DNA from: Oribacterium sp.
Lineage (GTDB): Bacteria > Bacillota > Clostridia > Lachnospirales > Lachnospiraceae
DNA length: 64,000 nt
Reading direction: 5' to 3'
NCBI GenBank assembly: GCA_024689585.1
Contig: JAILDF010000074.1
Span: 6-64,005 of the forward strand
Within the stretch, counting starts at the first letter, position 1. The number at the start of each line of letters is the position of its first letter. Positions 44,196 to 52,968 of this stretch are shown one piece after another. The notes beneath the pieces are model-generated. The model ran no database searches, was not told the DNA's origin, and was given only the letters and a program-made list of their open reading frames with translations. Both the position numbers and the translations under genes were made by a program.

Positions 44196-45179
44196 TCAGT
44201 ATCTTCGTTGGGATTTCAGTTCATTGTATAAAAGAACATAACTGTCATAACGTTCCCGGGATATCTCACCTTTCTGTACAGCATCTTTTACGGCACAGTC
44301 TTTTTCTCCTATGTGGATACAGGTTTTGAAACGACAGTCCTGTCTGTGGCTCTCGAATTCGGGGAAATAGTACATAAGCCGTTCCGGATCGATGTCATTA
44401 ACATAGAGGGAAGTAAAACCGGGAGTATCCAGCACATAGGTGTCGTCATCTATATAGAAAAATTCTGTATGTCTCGTGGTGTTTTTTCCTCTCTCGATCT
44501 TACGGCTCAGTTCTCCGGTTTCCATATTGGCATCCGGGTGAATGAGATTGGTGATGGAGGATTTACCTACGCCGCTGGGGCCGGAAAGAACTGTGGTCTT
44601 TCCACGGAGAACCTCCATGATCCTCTCATAACAGTCTCCTGACTTTGTACTTATTTCCAGAACTTTATATCCTGCTCTTCTGTATATCTCCGGGATGAGT
44701 TCCGGGTGCTCTGCATGTATCTCCGGGATAGATAAGGCTTTATCTTTTTTCTTTTTCCACTTTGGAACGGATTCTTCTTCGGGTTCCCCGGGAAGGTCAC
44801 TTTCCGGAACATCAATGAGATCGACTTTGTTGAAAAAAATGACCACAGGTATGTCCCGTTGTTCCATATGAATGAGAAATCTGTCCAGGAGACTCAGATT
44901 CGGGTCCGGATGCCTAAGGGCAAATACGACTACCGCCTGATCGATATTGGCAACCTCCGGACGTATCAGCTGGTTTTTTCTCGGAAGGATGCGGATAACG
45001 GAACCCTCCCGCTCCTTTTCGCTGTCCTGGACCGGTTCAATCTCCGCATCATCTCCAACCAGAGGTTTTTCGTTACGATTTCTGAAGATGCCTTTGGCAC
45101 GACATTCGTAGTCACCTTCTGAAGTGTGAACGTAATAAAAGCCTCCTATTCCTTTGTAGATTTTTCCTTTTAAAGACAT
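44196..45179 (-). CDS. rsgA: Ribosome small subunit-dependent GTPase A
   Basis: OB fold, NKVD, GPSGVGKSS, RGKNTTR, DTPGF, CRF..C.H..E..C. Start moved to ATG 45179. Confidence 0.95.
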   Translation of the reverse strand: MSLKGKIYKGIGGFYYVHTSEGDYECRAKGIFRNRNEKPLVGDDAEIEPVQDSEKEREGSVIRILPRKNQLIRPEVANIDQAVVVFALRHPDPNLSLLDRFLIHMEQRDIPVVIFFNKVDLIDVPESDLPGEPEEESVPKWKKKKDKALSIPEIHAEHPELIPEIYRRAGYKVLEISTKSGDCYERIMEVLRGKTTVLSGPSGVGKSSITNLIHPDANMETGELSRKIERGKNTTRHTEFFYIDDDTYVLDTPGFTSLYVNDIDPERLMYYFPEFESHRQDCRFKTCIHIGEKDCAVKDAVQKGEISRERYDSYVLLYNELKSQRRY

Positions 45180-45295
45180 TTTTACCTCATGAATCTTAGT
45201 TTGCGCGATACGGCCTTCAAGCGAATATTTATATTCATTTGAAGGCCAACGTGACATCGAGTAGGGGGTGCCTTCCCCCTACTCGATTAAGCAGC

Positions 45296-47455
45296 TTACT
45301 CCTCCGGGGAGAAAGCACATGCAAAGGAAGCAATGACAGTATCGGTGGAAGCATTAACAACTTCAACCACACCTGAAGGTATTCCTTCTTCGCCCTTTAT
45401 AGTCGGGAATACAACCTGAAGCTCTGTTCCGATGGCGTAGGATCGGGCTTCCTGGAGAGTTCTGTAATGCTCTTCTCCGTTCACATCCTGACGGAGTCTT
45501 ATGGACACCAGCATGGTTTCATTTGATCCCGGTTCCGCACCGGATCCGAGGGAGACAGTGGTACTGATGGAACTGTACCAGCCGTCTTTGCCTGATGTTA
45601 TTGTCGTGAGGTCCTGAGGATCAACCGACTTGACACTGGCAATTCCGTTCGGGCCTGCCGATACGGTAAAGCTTATGGTGGTGCCCTTCGGTACAGGAGT
45701 TCCGGCTGCTATGGACTGTCCGGTCACTATGCCTTCTTCAACGGTATTGTCCGGGAGATAGGAAATATTTCCCGGTGTCAGTTCAAGCAGAGACAGGGTT
45801 GTAAGGGCATCCTGTTCTGAGTATTCCTTAAGATCCGGAACATTGACCACGTTCTCATTAAGTCCTCTTGAGACCACAATCTCCAGCAGCTCAGAACCTG
45901 AAGAATCCGGCTTGTTTGTACGGATCACATATCCTGCCGGAACTGAATCCGAGTATTCTTCGGTTACGCTGTATGAAATGCCACGTTCCTTAAGTCGGGT
46001 CTCCAGATCCTGCAATTTTGTTTCATTGAGAGTGCTGAGGTCATAAGGATTGTTTTTATTGTAAAAAACAATTGTCTGAGGACCCTTGGAGACAGTTACC
46101 TCTATGGTGCTTCCGGAAGCGTAATCCCTGTCCGGGTAGCTGATGATAACACCCTCGTTGTAGGTGTCGGAATATTCCGCACCGGATGATAATATCCTAA
46201 TGTTATACTCACTGAGCTCCTCTTCCGCTTCATCTACGGTAAGACCGATTATGCCCTGAATACGGGTTTCAAGGGCAGAGATGGTAATGCTTACAGCAGT
46301 AGTTTCCTCTGTTTCTGCGACTGTGGTGGCTGCAGTTTCCAAAGGAGTGGTATCACGGGTGAAGAAATCCACCACGTTTTTTCCTATGATCAGAACCAGT
46401 ATCAGTATAGCGATGCCGCATATGACTGTGATGATGCGGGATAGCATAATGTGATCTCTTATTATATTGTGATCATAAAGGTAACCCAGTATTCCGCTGT
46501 AGTGAGGCTGTTCCGCTTTTGAATCTGACTGATTCTGCAGGGCCTTAAGGTCATCCAGCTCAGCAGGCGAAAGTACTCTCGTTTCATCCAGGTCCTCGGG
46601 GATTTTTCCCTTAAAGAAAGAACCTCCGGGATCTTTGAGCGCTTTCTGAAGATCCTCTCTCAGTTCTCCTATATGCTGATAACGTCTGGAGGGGCGCTTC
46701 TGCATACACTTGAAGACTGCGATATCAAGTGCGGGATAAACTTCGGGAACCAGGTCACGGACTCTCGGAATCTTATTTTCCATGTGGGCAAATACCACAG
46801 CAACAGAAGTGCTTCCGTCATAAGGTACCTTGCCTGTAAGCATCTCATATAAGGTGCAGCCGAAGCTGTATATATCGGATCTTTCATCAGCCTGTCCGGA
46901 ACGTGCCTGCTCGGGAGAGATATAATGTACCGAGCCCATGACGGTTGTGTTTACGGTCTGCTGGGTGGCAGCTCTTGCGATACCGAAATCGGCAACCTTA
47001 ACAGTGCCGTCATCGGATACTATCATATTCTGAGGCTTGATGTCACGGTGTACTATGCCGTTTTTGTGAGCCTGTTCAATGCCTCCCACTACCTGAAGAG
47101 CCAGAGCGATGGCTTTCTTGGAGTCCATGGCTCCCTTTCTCTGGATATAGGTTTTTAAAGTGATACCTTCCACAAGCTCCATCACAATATAGTGGAGCTT
47201 ATCCTCGTGATTATCCACGATGTCGTAAACCGCAACGATATTGGGATGGTTGAGTTTTGCGGCAGCCTGAGCTTCATTCTGGAATTTCCTGATGAAATCT
47301 TCGTCTTCACAGTACTCTTCCTTCAGTACCTTGATGGCCACTGCACGGCCCATCTTCTTATCTGTGGCACGGTAAACAAAACTCATGCCTCCCTGACCGA
47401 TGAGGGAGTCAATTTCATATCTGTCATCAAGGATCTGACCTTCCTGAATCATCAT
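45296..47455 (-). CDS. prkC: PASTA-domain Ser/Thr protein kinase (PrkC/Stk1)
   Basis: GQGGMSFVY, VAIK, HRDIKPQN, DFG, SPEQ, TM, three PASTA-like repeats, C-terminal beta domain. Confidence 0.93.
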   Translation of the reverse strand: MMIQEGQILDDRYEIDSLIGQGGMSFVYRATDKKMGRAVAIKVLKEEYCEDEDFIRKFQNEAQAAAKLNHPNIVAVYDIVDNHEDKLHYIVMELVEGITLKTYIQRKGAMDSKKAIALALQVVGGIEQAHKNGIVHRDIKPQNMIVSDDGTVKVADFGIARAATQQTVNTTVMGSVHYISPEQARSGQADERSDIYSFGCTLYEMLTGKVPYDGSTSVAVVFAHMENKIPRVRDLVPEVYPALDIAVFKCMQKRPSRRYQHIGELREDLQKALKDPGGSFFKGKIPEDLDETRVLSPAELDDLKALQNQSDSKAEQPHYSGILGYLYDHNIIRDHIMLSRIITVICGIAILILVLIIGKNVVDFFTRDTTPLETAATTVAETEETTAVSITISALETRIQGIIGLTVDEAEEELSEYNIRILSSGAEYSDTYNEGVIISYPDRDYASGSTIEVTVSKGPQTIVFYNKNNPYDLSTLNETKLQDLETRLKERGISYSVTEEYSDSVPAGYVIRTNKPDSSGSELLEIVVSRGLNENVVNVPDLKEYSEQDALTTLSLLELTPGNISYLPDNTVEEGIVTGQSIAAGTPVPKGTTISFTVSAGPNGIASVKSVDPQDLTTITSGKDGWYSSISTTVSLGSGAEPGSNETMLVSIRLRQDVNGEEHYRTLQEARSYAIGTELQVVFPTIKGEEGIPSGVVEVVNASTDTVIASFACAFSPEE

Positions 47456-48201
47456 GACTCTACCTCCTCTCCGTAAGGGTCAACAAGTACGATGCCGATG
47501 TTGTCTTTTCCGCCGTTGATATTGGCTATATCTATAAGCGCCTGTACTTTGTTTTCGACAGAATTCCGTTCCCGGACGATGTTGCGGATGCTTTCATTAT
47601 CAGCCATGTTGCTGAGTCCGTCCGAACACATAAGAAAATAGTCCCCCTCAGATAGCTCTACTTCAAAGAAGTCGGCAGCTACCCGGGGTTCTATACCCAC
47701 TGCACGGGTTATGATGTTTCTGGAATTAAGGTAATCCTGTGAACCACGGCGCATAAAGCCGCGTCTCACCATTTCTTCCACGTAGGAATGGTCCCTGGTG
47801 ATCTGCTTTATGGTATTTCCGTGGATGATATAAGCACGGGAATCTCCGATGTTACTTACGGTGATGACATTATCATCAATAAATGCGGATACCAGAGTAG
47901 TGCCCATACCGCTGTAGTTTTCGTCTTCCATGGACAGTTTGTACAGACGTTCATTCACAGAGGAAATGGCATTCTGTATAAGCTGAACAGAGGGAATGTC
48001 TTTTGGTGCTTCACTGATGTATTTTCTAAACTCTTCCACAGCAAAACGCGAGGCAAAATCACCTGCTTTATGACCTCCCATGCCGTCGGCCAGGAGGAAA
48101 AGATTAGGTAATGCCCCTACAGGCTTTGAAGTCGCAAAAACGTAGTCCTGATTCATACGTCTTTTACGGCCTTTGTCTGTCTTTGCAAAAAAGTCCATCA
48201 T
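47452..48201 (-). CDS. stp: PP2C-family Ser/Thr phosphatase (Stp1/PrpC)
   Basis: NQD, ADGMGGH, GMGTT, GDSR, CSDGL, GGKDNI. Confidence 0.95.
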   Translation of the reverse strand: MMDFFAKTDKGRKRRMNQDYVFATSKPVGALPNLFLLADGMGGHKAGDFASRFAVEEFRKYISEAPKDIPSVQLIQNAISSVNERLYKLSMEDENYSGMGTTLVSAFIDDNVITVSNIGDSRAYIIHGNTIKQITRDHSYVEEMVRRGFMRRGSQDYLNSRNIITRAVGIEPRVAADFFEVELSEGDYFLMCSDGLSNMADNESIRNIVRERNSVENKVQALIDIANINGGKDNIGIVLVDPYGEEVES

Positions 48202-49251
48202 CTACTCCTTCGATAGGTAATCTCTTCGTAACTGTCCGCAGGATCCGGAAATATCAGAGCCCATTTCCCTGCGTATGGTGGCTGCGATGCCATTCTTTTC
48301 CAGGATATGCTGAAATGCTTCGATCTTGCTGCGGTCCGGACGTTTCCAGTCTCTTTCCTTTATAGGATTTACCGGAATGAGGTTCACATGACACTGAAGC
48401 TTACCCTTCTGTTTCATGCCGTGTATGAGGCGGACAAGCTGCTGTGCTTCATTTTTGTTGTCATTAACACCTTCAACAACCGAATACTCGAAGGTTACAC
48501 GACGTCCGGTTTTCTCAAAATAATACTCTATGGCAGGCATTATCTCCGACAGAGAGTATTTATTGGCTATGGGCATGAGGGTTTTACGGGTTTCGTCATT
48601 TGGCGCATGAAGGCTGAGAGCCAGAGTGATACCGTAATTCTCGTCTGCCAGTTCTCTGATGCGGGGAACAATGCCGCAGGTTGATACGGTGATATTTCTG
48701 CGGGAAATATTGAGCCCGTTTTTATCGGAGATCATACGTATAAAACGGGTGAATTCTTCATAGTTGTCCAAAGGCTCGCCTGAGCCCATTATGACAATGT
48801 TGTCCACTCTTTCGCCGGTGTCCCTTTCCATCCGGTAAACCTGTCCGAGCATTTCACCGGATGTGAGATTTCTGGCAAGCCCCTCCAGGGTTGAAGCACA
48901 GAACTTGCAGCCCATACGGCAGCCCACCTGGCTGGATATACATACGGAGTTTCCGTGCTGGTATTTCATCCATACGGACTCGATCACATGACCGTCCTTC
49001 ATACGGTTTATGAATTTTTTTGTTTCATCGATCCGGGAGGTAAGAACCTCAACGGTCTCCGGCAGTGTGGCATAGTAGTCCTCTGAAAGTTTTTCCCTGA
49101 GAGACTTTGGGAGATTGGTCATTTCGTCAAAACCGTCAGCAAGCTTCACATGAAGCCATTGATAAAGCTGCGTTGCGCGAAAGGACTTCTCCCCCATGCT
49201 TTCTATTAATTCTGTTAATTCCTTTATTTCAAGGTCTCGTATATTTTTCAT
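48202..49251 (-). CDS. rlmN: 23S rRNA A2503 / tRNA A37 C2-methyltransferase RlmN
   Basis: CISSQVGCRMGCKFC radical-SAM motif, MGSGEP, SLHAP, CGQL. Confidence 0.97.
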   Translation of the reverse strand: MKNIRDLEIKELTELIESMGEKSFRATQLYQWLHVKLADGFDEMTNLPKSLREKLSEDYYATLPETVEVLTSRIDETKKFINRMKDGHVIESVWMKYQHGNSVCISSQVGCRMGCKFCASTLEGLARNLTSGEMLGQVYRMERDTGERVDNIVIMGSGEPLDNYEEFTRFIRMISDKNGLNISRRNITVSTCGIVPRIRELADENYGITLALSLHAPNDETRKTLMPIANKYSLSEIMPAIEYYFEKTGRRVTFEYSVVEGVNDNKNEAQQLVRLIHGMKQKGKLQCHVNLIPVNPIKERDWKRPDRSKIEAFQHILEKNGIAATIRREMGSDISGSCGQLRRDYLSKE

Positions 49252-49323
49252 TTTAATAAAATCGGTTTGTTCTGCCCGGAAGCAGACGCTTTCACAGAAT
49301 CCCGGGTCGAAAACCCGGATCTG

Positions 49324-50640
49324 TCAGGCCTTTCTGAACACGCAAAGATAAAAGCCGTCTGAAGGCTCTCCCGGTAAGAATTTTTTCTCTTTTTCCAGAG
49401 TAAATCCCGGAAGGGAAAGTATGAAATCCCTGTTGTCTTCATTCTCCTCTTTGCTGAGTGTGCAGGTGGAATATATAAGCTTTCCGCCGGGTTTTACGTA
49501 TTTTGTAACGGTGTTAAGGATCTCTCTTTGAAGTGTCTGGAGTTCCTTTATGCTGTTTAATGAAGTATTGAAACGGATGTCCGGCTTTTTACCCATGATT
49601 CCAAGTCCCGAACATGGAAGATCCGCCAATACGATGTCCGCTTTTCCGTTGCCGGACTCGTCCAGAAGTTCCGGATCCGGAACTCTCGCGTCAAACACCT
49701 TTGCCGAAATATTCTCAAGTGAAAGACGTTCGATGTTTTCGTTGATAAGTGTGATCTTGTCTTCGGTAAGGTCTCTTGCGTCAACATGGCCGGTTCCCTG
49801 AAGAAGTTCAGCTATATGACAGCTCTTTCCGCCGGGAGCAGCGCAAACGTCCACTACCAGATCTCCCGTATGGGGATCCGCTTCTATTCCGACCTGCTGT
49901 GAAGCATAATCCTGGACAGTTATATCTCCGCTCTTGAAAAGCTTTGTTTTTGAGATATTACCATCCATCACTTCAGAGTGTCCGTCTTTAAAACGTACAT
50001 AGTTCTTTTTTGAACCCTTTAAAAACCAGTCAAGCATCTGTTCTGTGGTCTCTCTTCCATACATTACCCTGAGATAATCATAGAGCCATAAAGGCGTACT
50101 CAGACGAATATAGGCAGGAGTCTTTCCGGTATGGGCGAGGTCCGCGAATATGTTCTCCTTTTCTCTTGATATGGTGCGGAGTACTCCGTTTACGAAGCCT
50201 GACAGAAAGGCAATCTTTTTGTCGCTTTGTGATTTAATGAAGCTGACCGCCTCATTAATGGCTGCACTGTCGGGAACTCTGTCCATATACAGGATCTGAT
50301 AAGAGGACATACGAAGAACGGTCCTTATAAGGGGATCCATATTCTTGGTATGGGTTTTACTGTGCCTGTTTAGAATGAAATCAATCTGGATGGTATACTC
50401 CAGGGTTCCCTCAACTAGACGTGTGATGAAACCGCGGTCACGTTCTGTGAGATTGGTGTATTTCTGAAGCTGTTCTCTCAGAACGATGTGGGAAAACAGT
50501 TTTTCTTCCAGGATTTTATTAAGGCTATAAATCGCAATAGACCGCGGTGTAACTGCGGTCTTTTCCTGAGACTTTCCGGTGTGCATATGCGGGCGGGAAG
50601 ATTTATTATAAGGTTTTTTAAAGGGCTTTTTATTTTCCAT
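49324..50640 (-). CDS. rsmB: 16S rRNA m5C967 methyltransferase RsmB/Sun
   Basis: NusB-like N-domain (AAINEAV, FVNGVLR), VQD.ASQ, CAAPGGK, DLPCSGLG, YSTCT. Start moved to ATG 50640. Confidence 0.92.
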   Translation of the reverse strand: MENKKPFKKPYNKSSRPHMHTGKSQEKTAVTPRSIAIYSLNKILEEKLFSHIVLREQLQKYTNLTERDRGFITRLVEGTLEYTIQIDFILNRHSKTHTKNMDPLIRTVLRMSSYQILYMDRVPDSAAINEAVSFIKSQSDKKIAFLSGFVNGVLRTISREKENIFADLAHTGKTPAYIRLSTPLWLYDYLRVMYGRETTEQMLDWFLKGSKKNYVRFKDGHSEVMDGNISKTKLFKSGDITVQDYASQQVGIEADPHTGDLVVDVCAAPGGKSCHIAELLQGTGHVDARDLTEDKITLINENIERLSLENISAKVFDARVPDPELLDESGNGKADIVLADLPCSGLGIMGKKPDIRFNTSLNSIKELQTLQREILNTVTKYVKPGGKLIYSTCTLSKEENEDNRDFILSLPGFTLEKEKKFLPGEPSDGFYLCVFRKA

Positions 50641-50647
50641 AGGTTTC

Positions 50648-51358
50648 CTATCTTCTTCTTCTTCCGCTTCCGCGTGTAAGTAAAACCAGACGTAAAAGCT
50701 GAAGAACTGAGGATGCGGCAGCTGCAACATAAGTTAATGCAGCAGCCTTGAGAACAGCCTTGATACCGTTGAGTTCGTTGTCATTTACCATACCGTACTC
50801 TGCCAGAGTCTGAACGGCTCTTCTGGAAGCATCAAATTCAACAGGTAAAGTCAGAAGCTGAATGGATATGGCAACCGCAAATGTGATTATTCCGATCTGA
50901 ACAAGGGATGTCATACTGATGATGAATCCGAATAATATCAGCGGAAGAGATACCTTTGATGCAATGGCGCAAATCGGAGAAATGGTTCTTGTAAGAATCA
51001 GCGGCTGATACCCTCTTGCGTCCTGGATAGCGTGTCCGCACTCATGTGCAGCCACACCGATGGCAGCGATGGAGGTGCTGTTGATGGTTGACTGACTGAG
51101 ATTCAGTACCTTCTGACTAGGTACATAGTTATCGGTGAGACTGCCGGCGATGCCCTGGATTCTGACATTGTTAATGCCGTTTCTCTCAAGTATCATCTTG
51201 GCGGCCTGTGCTCCGGTAAGACCGGAAAAAGCCTGCACATGCGAATATTTTTCAAAGGTTGCCTGAACATTGTGGCTTGCAATCATGCTGAGAACCACAC
51301 CTATCAAAACAAGAAAATAAGTCCAATCATATCCATAATACATCGGATATCCATACAT
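50648..51358 (-). CDS. YugP-family membrane zinc metallopeptidase
   Basis: AAHECGHAIQ (HExxH), TLPVEFDASRRA, AAALTYVAA. Start ATG 51358 (RBS AGGAGG). Confidence 0.9.
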   Translation of the reverse strand: MYGYPMYYGYDWTYFLVLIGVVLSMIASHNVQATFEKYSHVQAFSGLTGAQAAKMILERNGINNVRIQGIAGSLTDNYVPSQKVLNLSQSTINSTSIAAIGVAAHECGHAIQDARGYQPLILTRTISPICAIASKVSLPLILFGFIISMTSLVQIGIITFAVAISIQLLTLPVEFDASRRAVQTLAEYGMVNDNELNGIKAVLKAAALTYVAAAASSVLQLLRLVLLTRGSGRRRR

Positions 51359-51376
51359 AGTGATCACCTCCTGATA

Positions 51377-52354
51377 TTAAAAACGATAGCCCTTAAGAAA
51401 ATCAGCGGCTGTCATACGTTTTTTGCCTTCCAGCTGAAGTTCGTTGATTTTCAGGAAATCTTCTCCGCAGACGGCAATAAGATTTTTCTTATGATCTGTG
51501 AAAAGACGTCCCTCCATAGATTTATCGGAATTCTCCGGAGTCCTGTCGGAAGTCAATACGGCTGCTTCTTCAAATGCACCTGCATCAAAAAACTCTTTGG
51601 AAACAACATCCGCATCCCAGAGCTTCAGCTGTTTTCCGGAAAGGAAAGTATAGGCTGAAGGCCATGGATTAAGTCCGCGGATCTTTCTTTCTGTCTTTAC
51701 TGCCGGCTCCGACCAGTTGATAAGACCGAAGGACTTGGTGAACATTCCTACTTTGGTTGCGGTATCATGATCCTGAGGAGTACGGGTAATGCTTCCGTCG
51801 GCAATCTTATCAAGGGTTTCCACAATGAGTTCACCGCCGAGAACAGCCAGCTTATCAAAAAGACTTCCGCCGGTTTCCTTTGGATCCAGAGTTATTTTTT
51901 TGGTGAGAAGAATGTCACCTGTGTCCAGTCCCGCATCCATCTGCATGGTGGTGACGCCGGTCTCGGGGTCGCCATTAAGGACTGCCCACTGGATGGGTGC
52001 AGCTCCACGGTATTTGGGAAGCAGTGAGGCATGAACATTGACACATCCATACTTTGGGATGTCGAGGATTTCCTGCGGGAGTATCTGACCGAATGCGGTT
52101 ACAACTATAACATCCGGTGCAAGGTCCTTCAGAAGCTTTTTGGCCTCCTCGTCATTCCGTATTTTTAAAGGGGTGATGACAGGGATCGAATGACTTTCCG
52201 CGGCGATCCTTACGTCGCTTTTCTGTGCTTCCCCGTGACGCCCCTTCGGACGGTCAGGCTGTGTCACCACAAGGCTTATCTCATGTCCTGCTTTGTACAG
52301 CGCTTCCAGGGTGGAAACCGCAAAATCAGGTGTGCCCATAAATATGACTTTCAA
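51377..52354 (-). CDS. fmt: Methionyl-tRNA formyltransferase
   Basis: FMGTPDFA, TQPDRP, NVHASLLPKYRGAAPI, PWP. Confidence 0.97.
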   Translation of the reverse strand: MKVIFMGTPDFAVSTLEALYKAGHEISLVVTQPDRPKGRHGEAQKSDVRIAAESHSIPVITPLKIRNDEEAKKLLKDLAPDVIVVTAFGQILPQEILDIPKYGCVNVHASLLPKYRGAAPIQWAVLNGDPETGVTTMQMDAGLDTGDILLTKKITLDPKETGGSLFDKLAVLGGELIVETLDKIADGSITRTPQDHDTATKVGMFTKSFGLINWSEPAVKTERKIRGLNPWPSAYTFLSGKQLKLWDADVVSKEFFDAGAFEEAAVLTSDRTPENSDKSMEGRLFTDHKKNLIAVCGEDFLKINELQLEGKKRMTAADFLKGYRF

Positions 52355-52379
52355 AAGACTACCTCCCTACAATGAATCT

Positions 52380-52883
52380 TTATTCCTCGTCTTCGTAATC
52401 GTACTCTTCGAGATTTTCGTAAGTTACATCCTCCAGTTCACCTTCAACCTTTTCGGTGTAAAGGATGCCGTGGAGATGATCGTTCTCATGAGCCATGGCA
52501 CGGGCAAGAAGACCCTCTGCATCAAACTCATACTCTTCCATGTTAATGTCATAGGCCTTTACGTGTACCTTAAGAGGGCGTGTTACAACTCCCTCCTTAC
52601 CGGGTACTGAAAGACAGCCTTCCTCCCCGGTCTGGCACTCCTCGCCTATGGCTGTTACAGTGGGATTGATGCATACGTAACGTTTGCCATCTCCGATATC
52701 AACAACAAAAAGCTGTCGAAGTATACCAACCTGCGGAGCTGCAAGTCCGACACCATTGGCATCATACATGGTTTCAAACATATCCATGATAAGCTCCTTT
52801 GTGCGGTCGGAAATATTTTTCAAAGGCTTACACTCCTTCTCAAGGATTGGGTCGCCGATTACTCTGATTGTTCTTAAAGCCAT
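52380..52883 (-). CDS. def: Peptide deformylase
   Basis: GVGLAAPQ, EGCLS, HENDH. Confidence 0.97.
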   Translation of the reverse strand: MALRTIRVIGDPILEKECKPLKNISDRTKELIMDMFETMYDANGVGLAAPQVGILRQLFVVDIGDGKRYVCINPTVTAIGEECQTGEEGCLSVPGKEGVVTRPLKVHVKAYDINMEEYEFDAEGLLARAMAHENDHLHGILYTEKVEGELEDVTYENLEEYDYEDEE

Positions 52884-52968
52884 TTTTTACTCCATTCTGA
52901 AAATACAGTTTCTTTATCACAGGCCGCGGTTCAGGTGTATTTAACCGTAAACCTCCGGCACATGGGAT

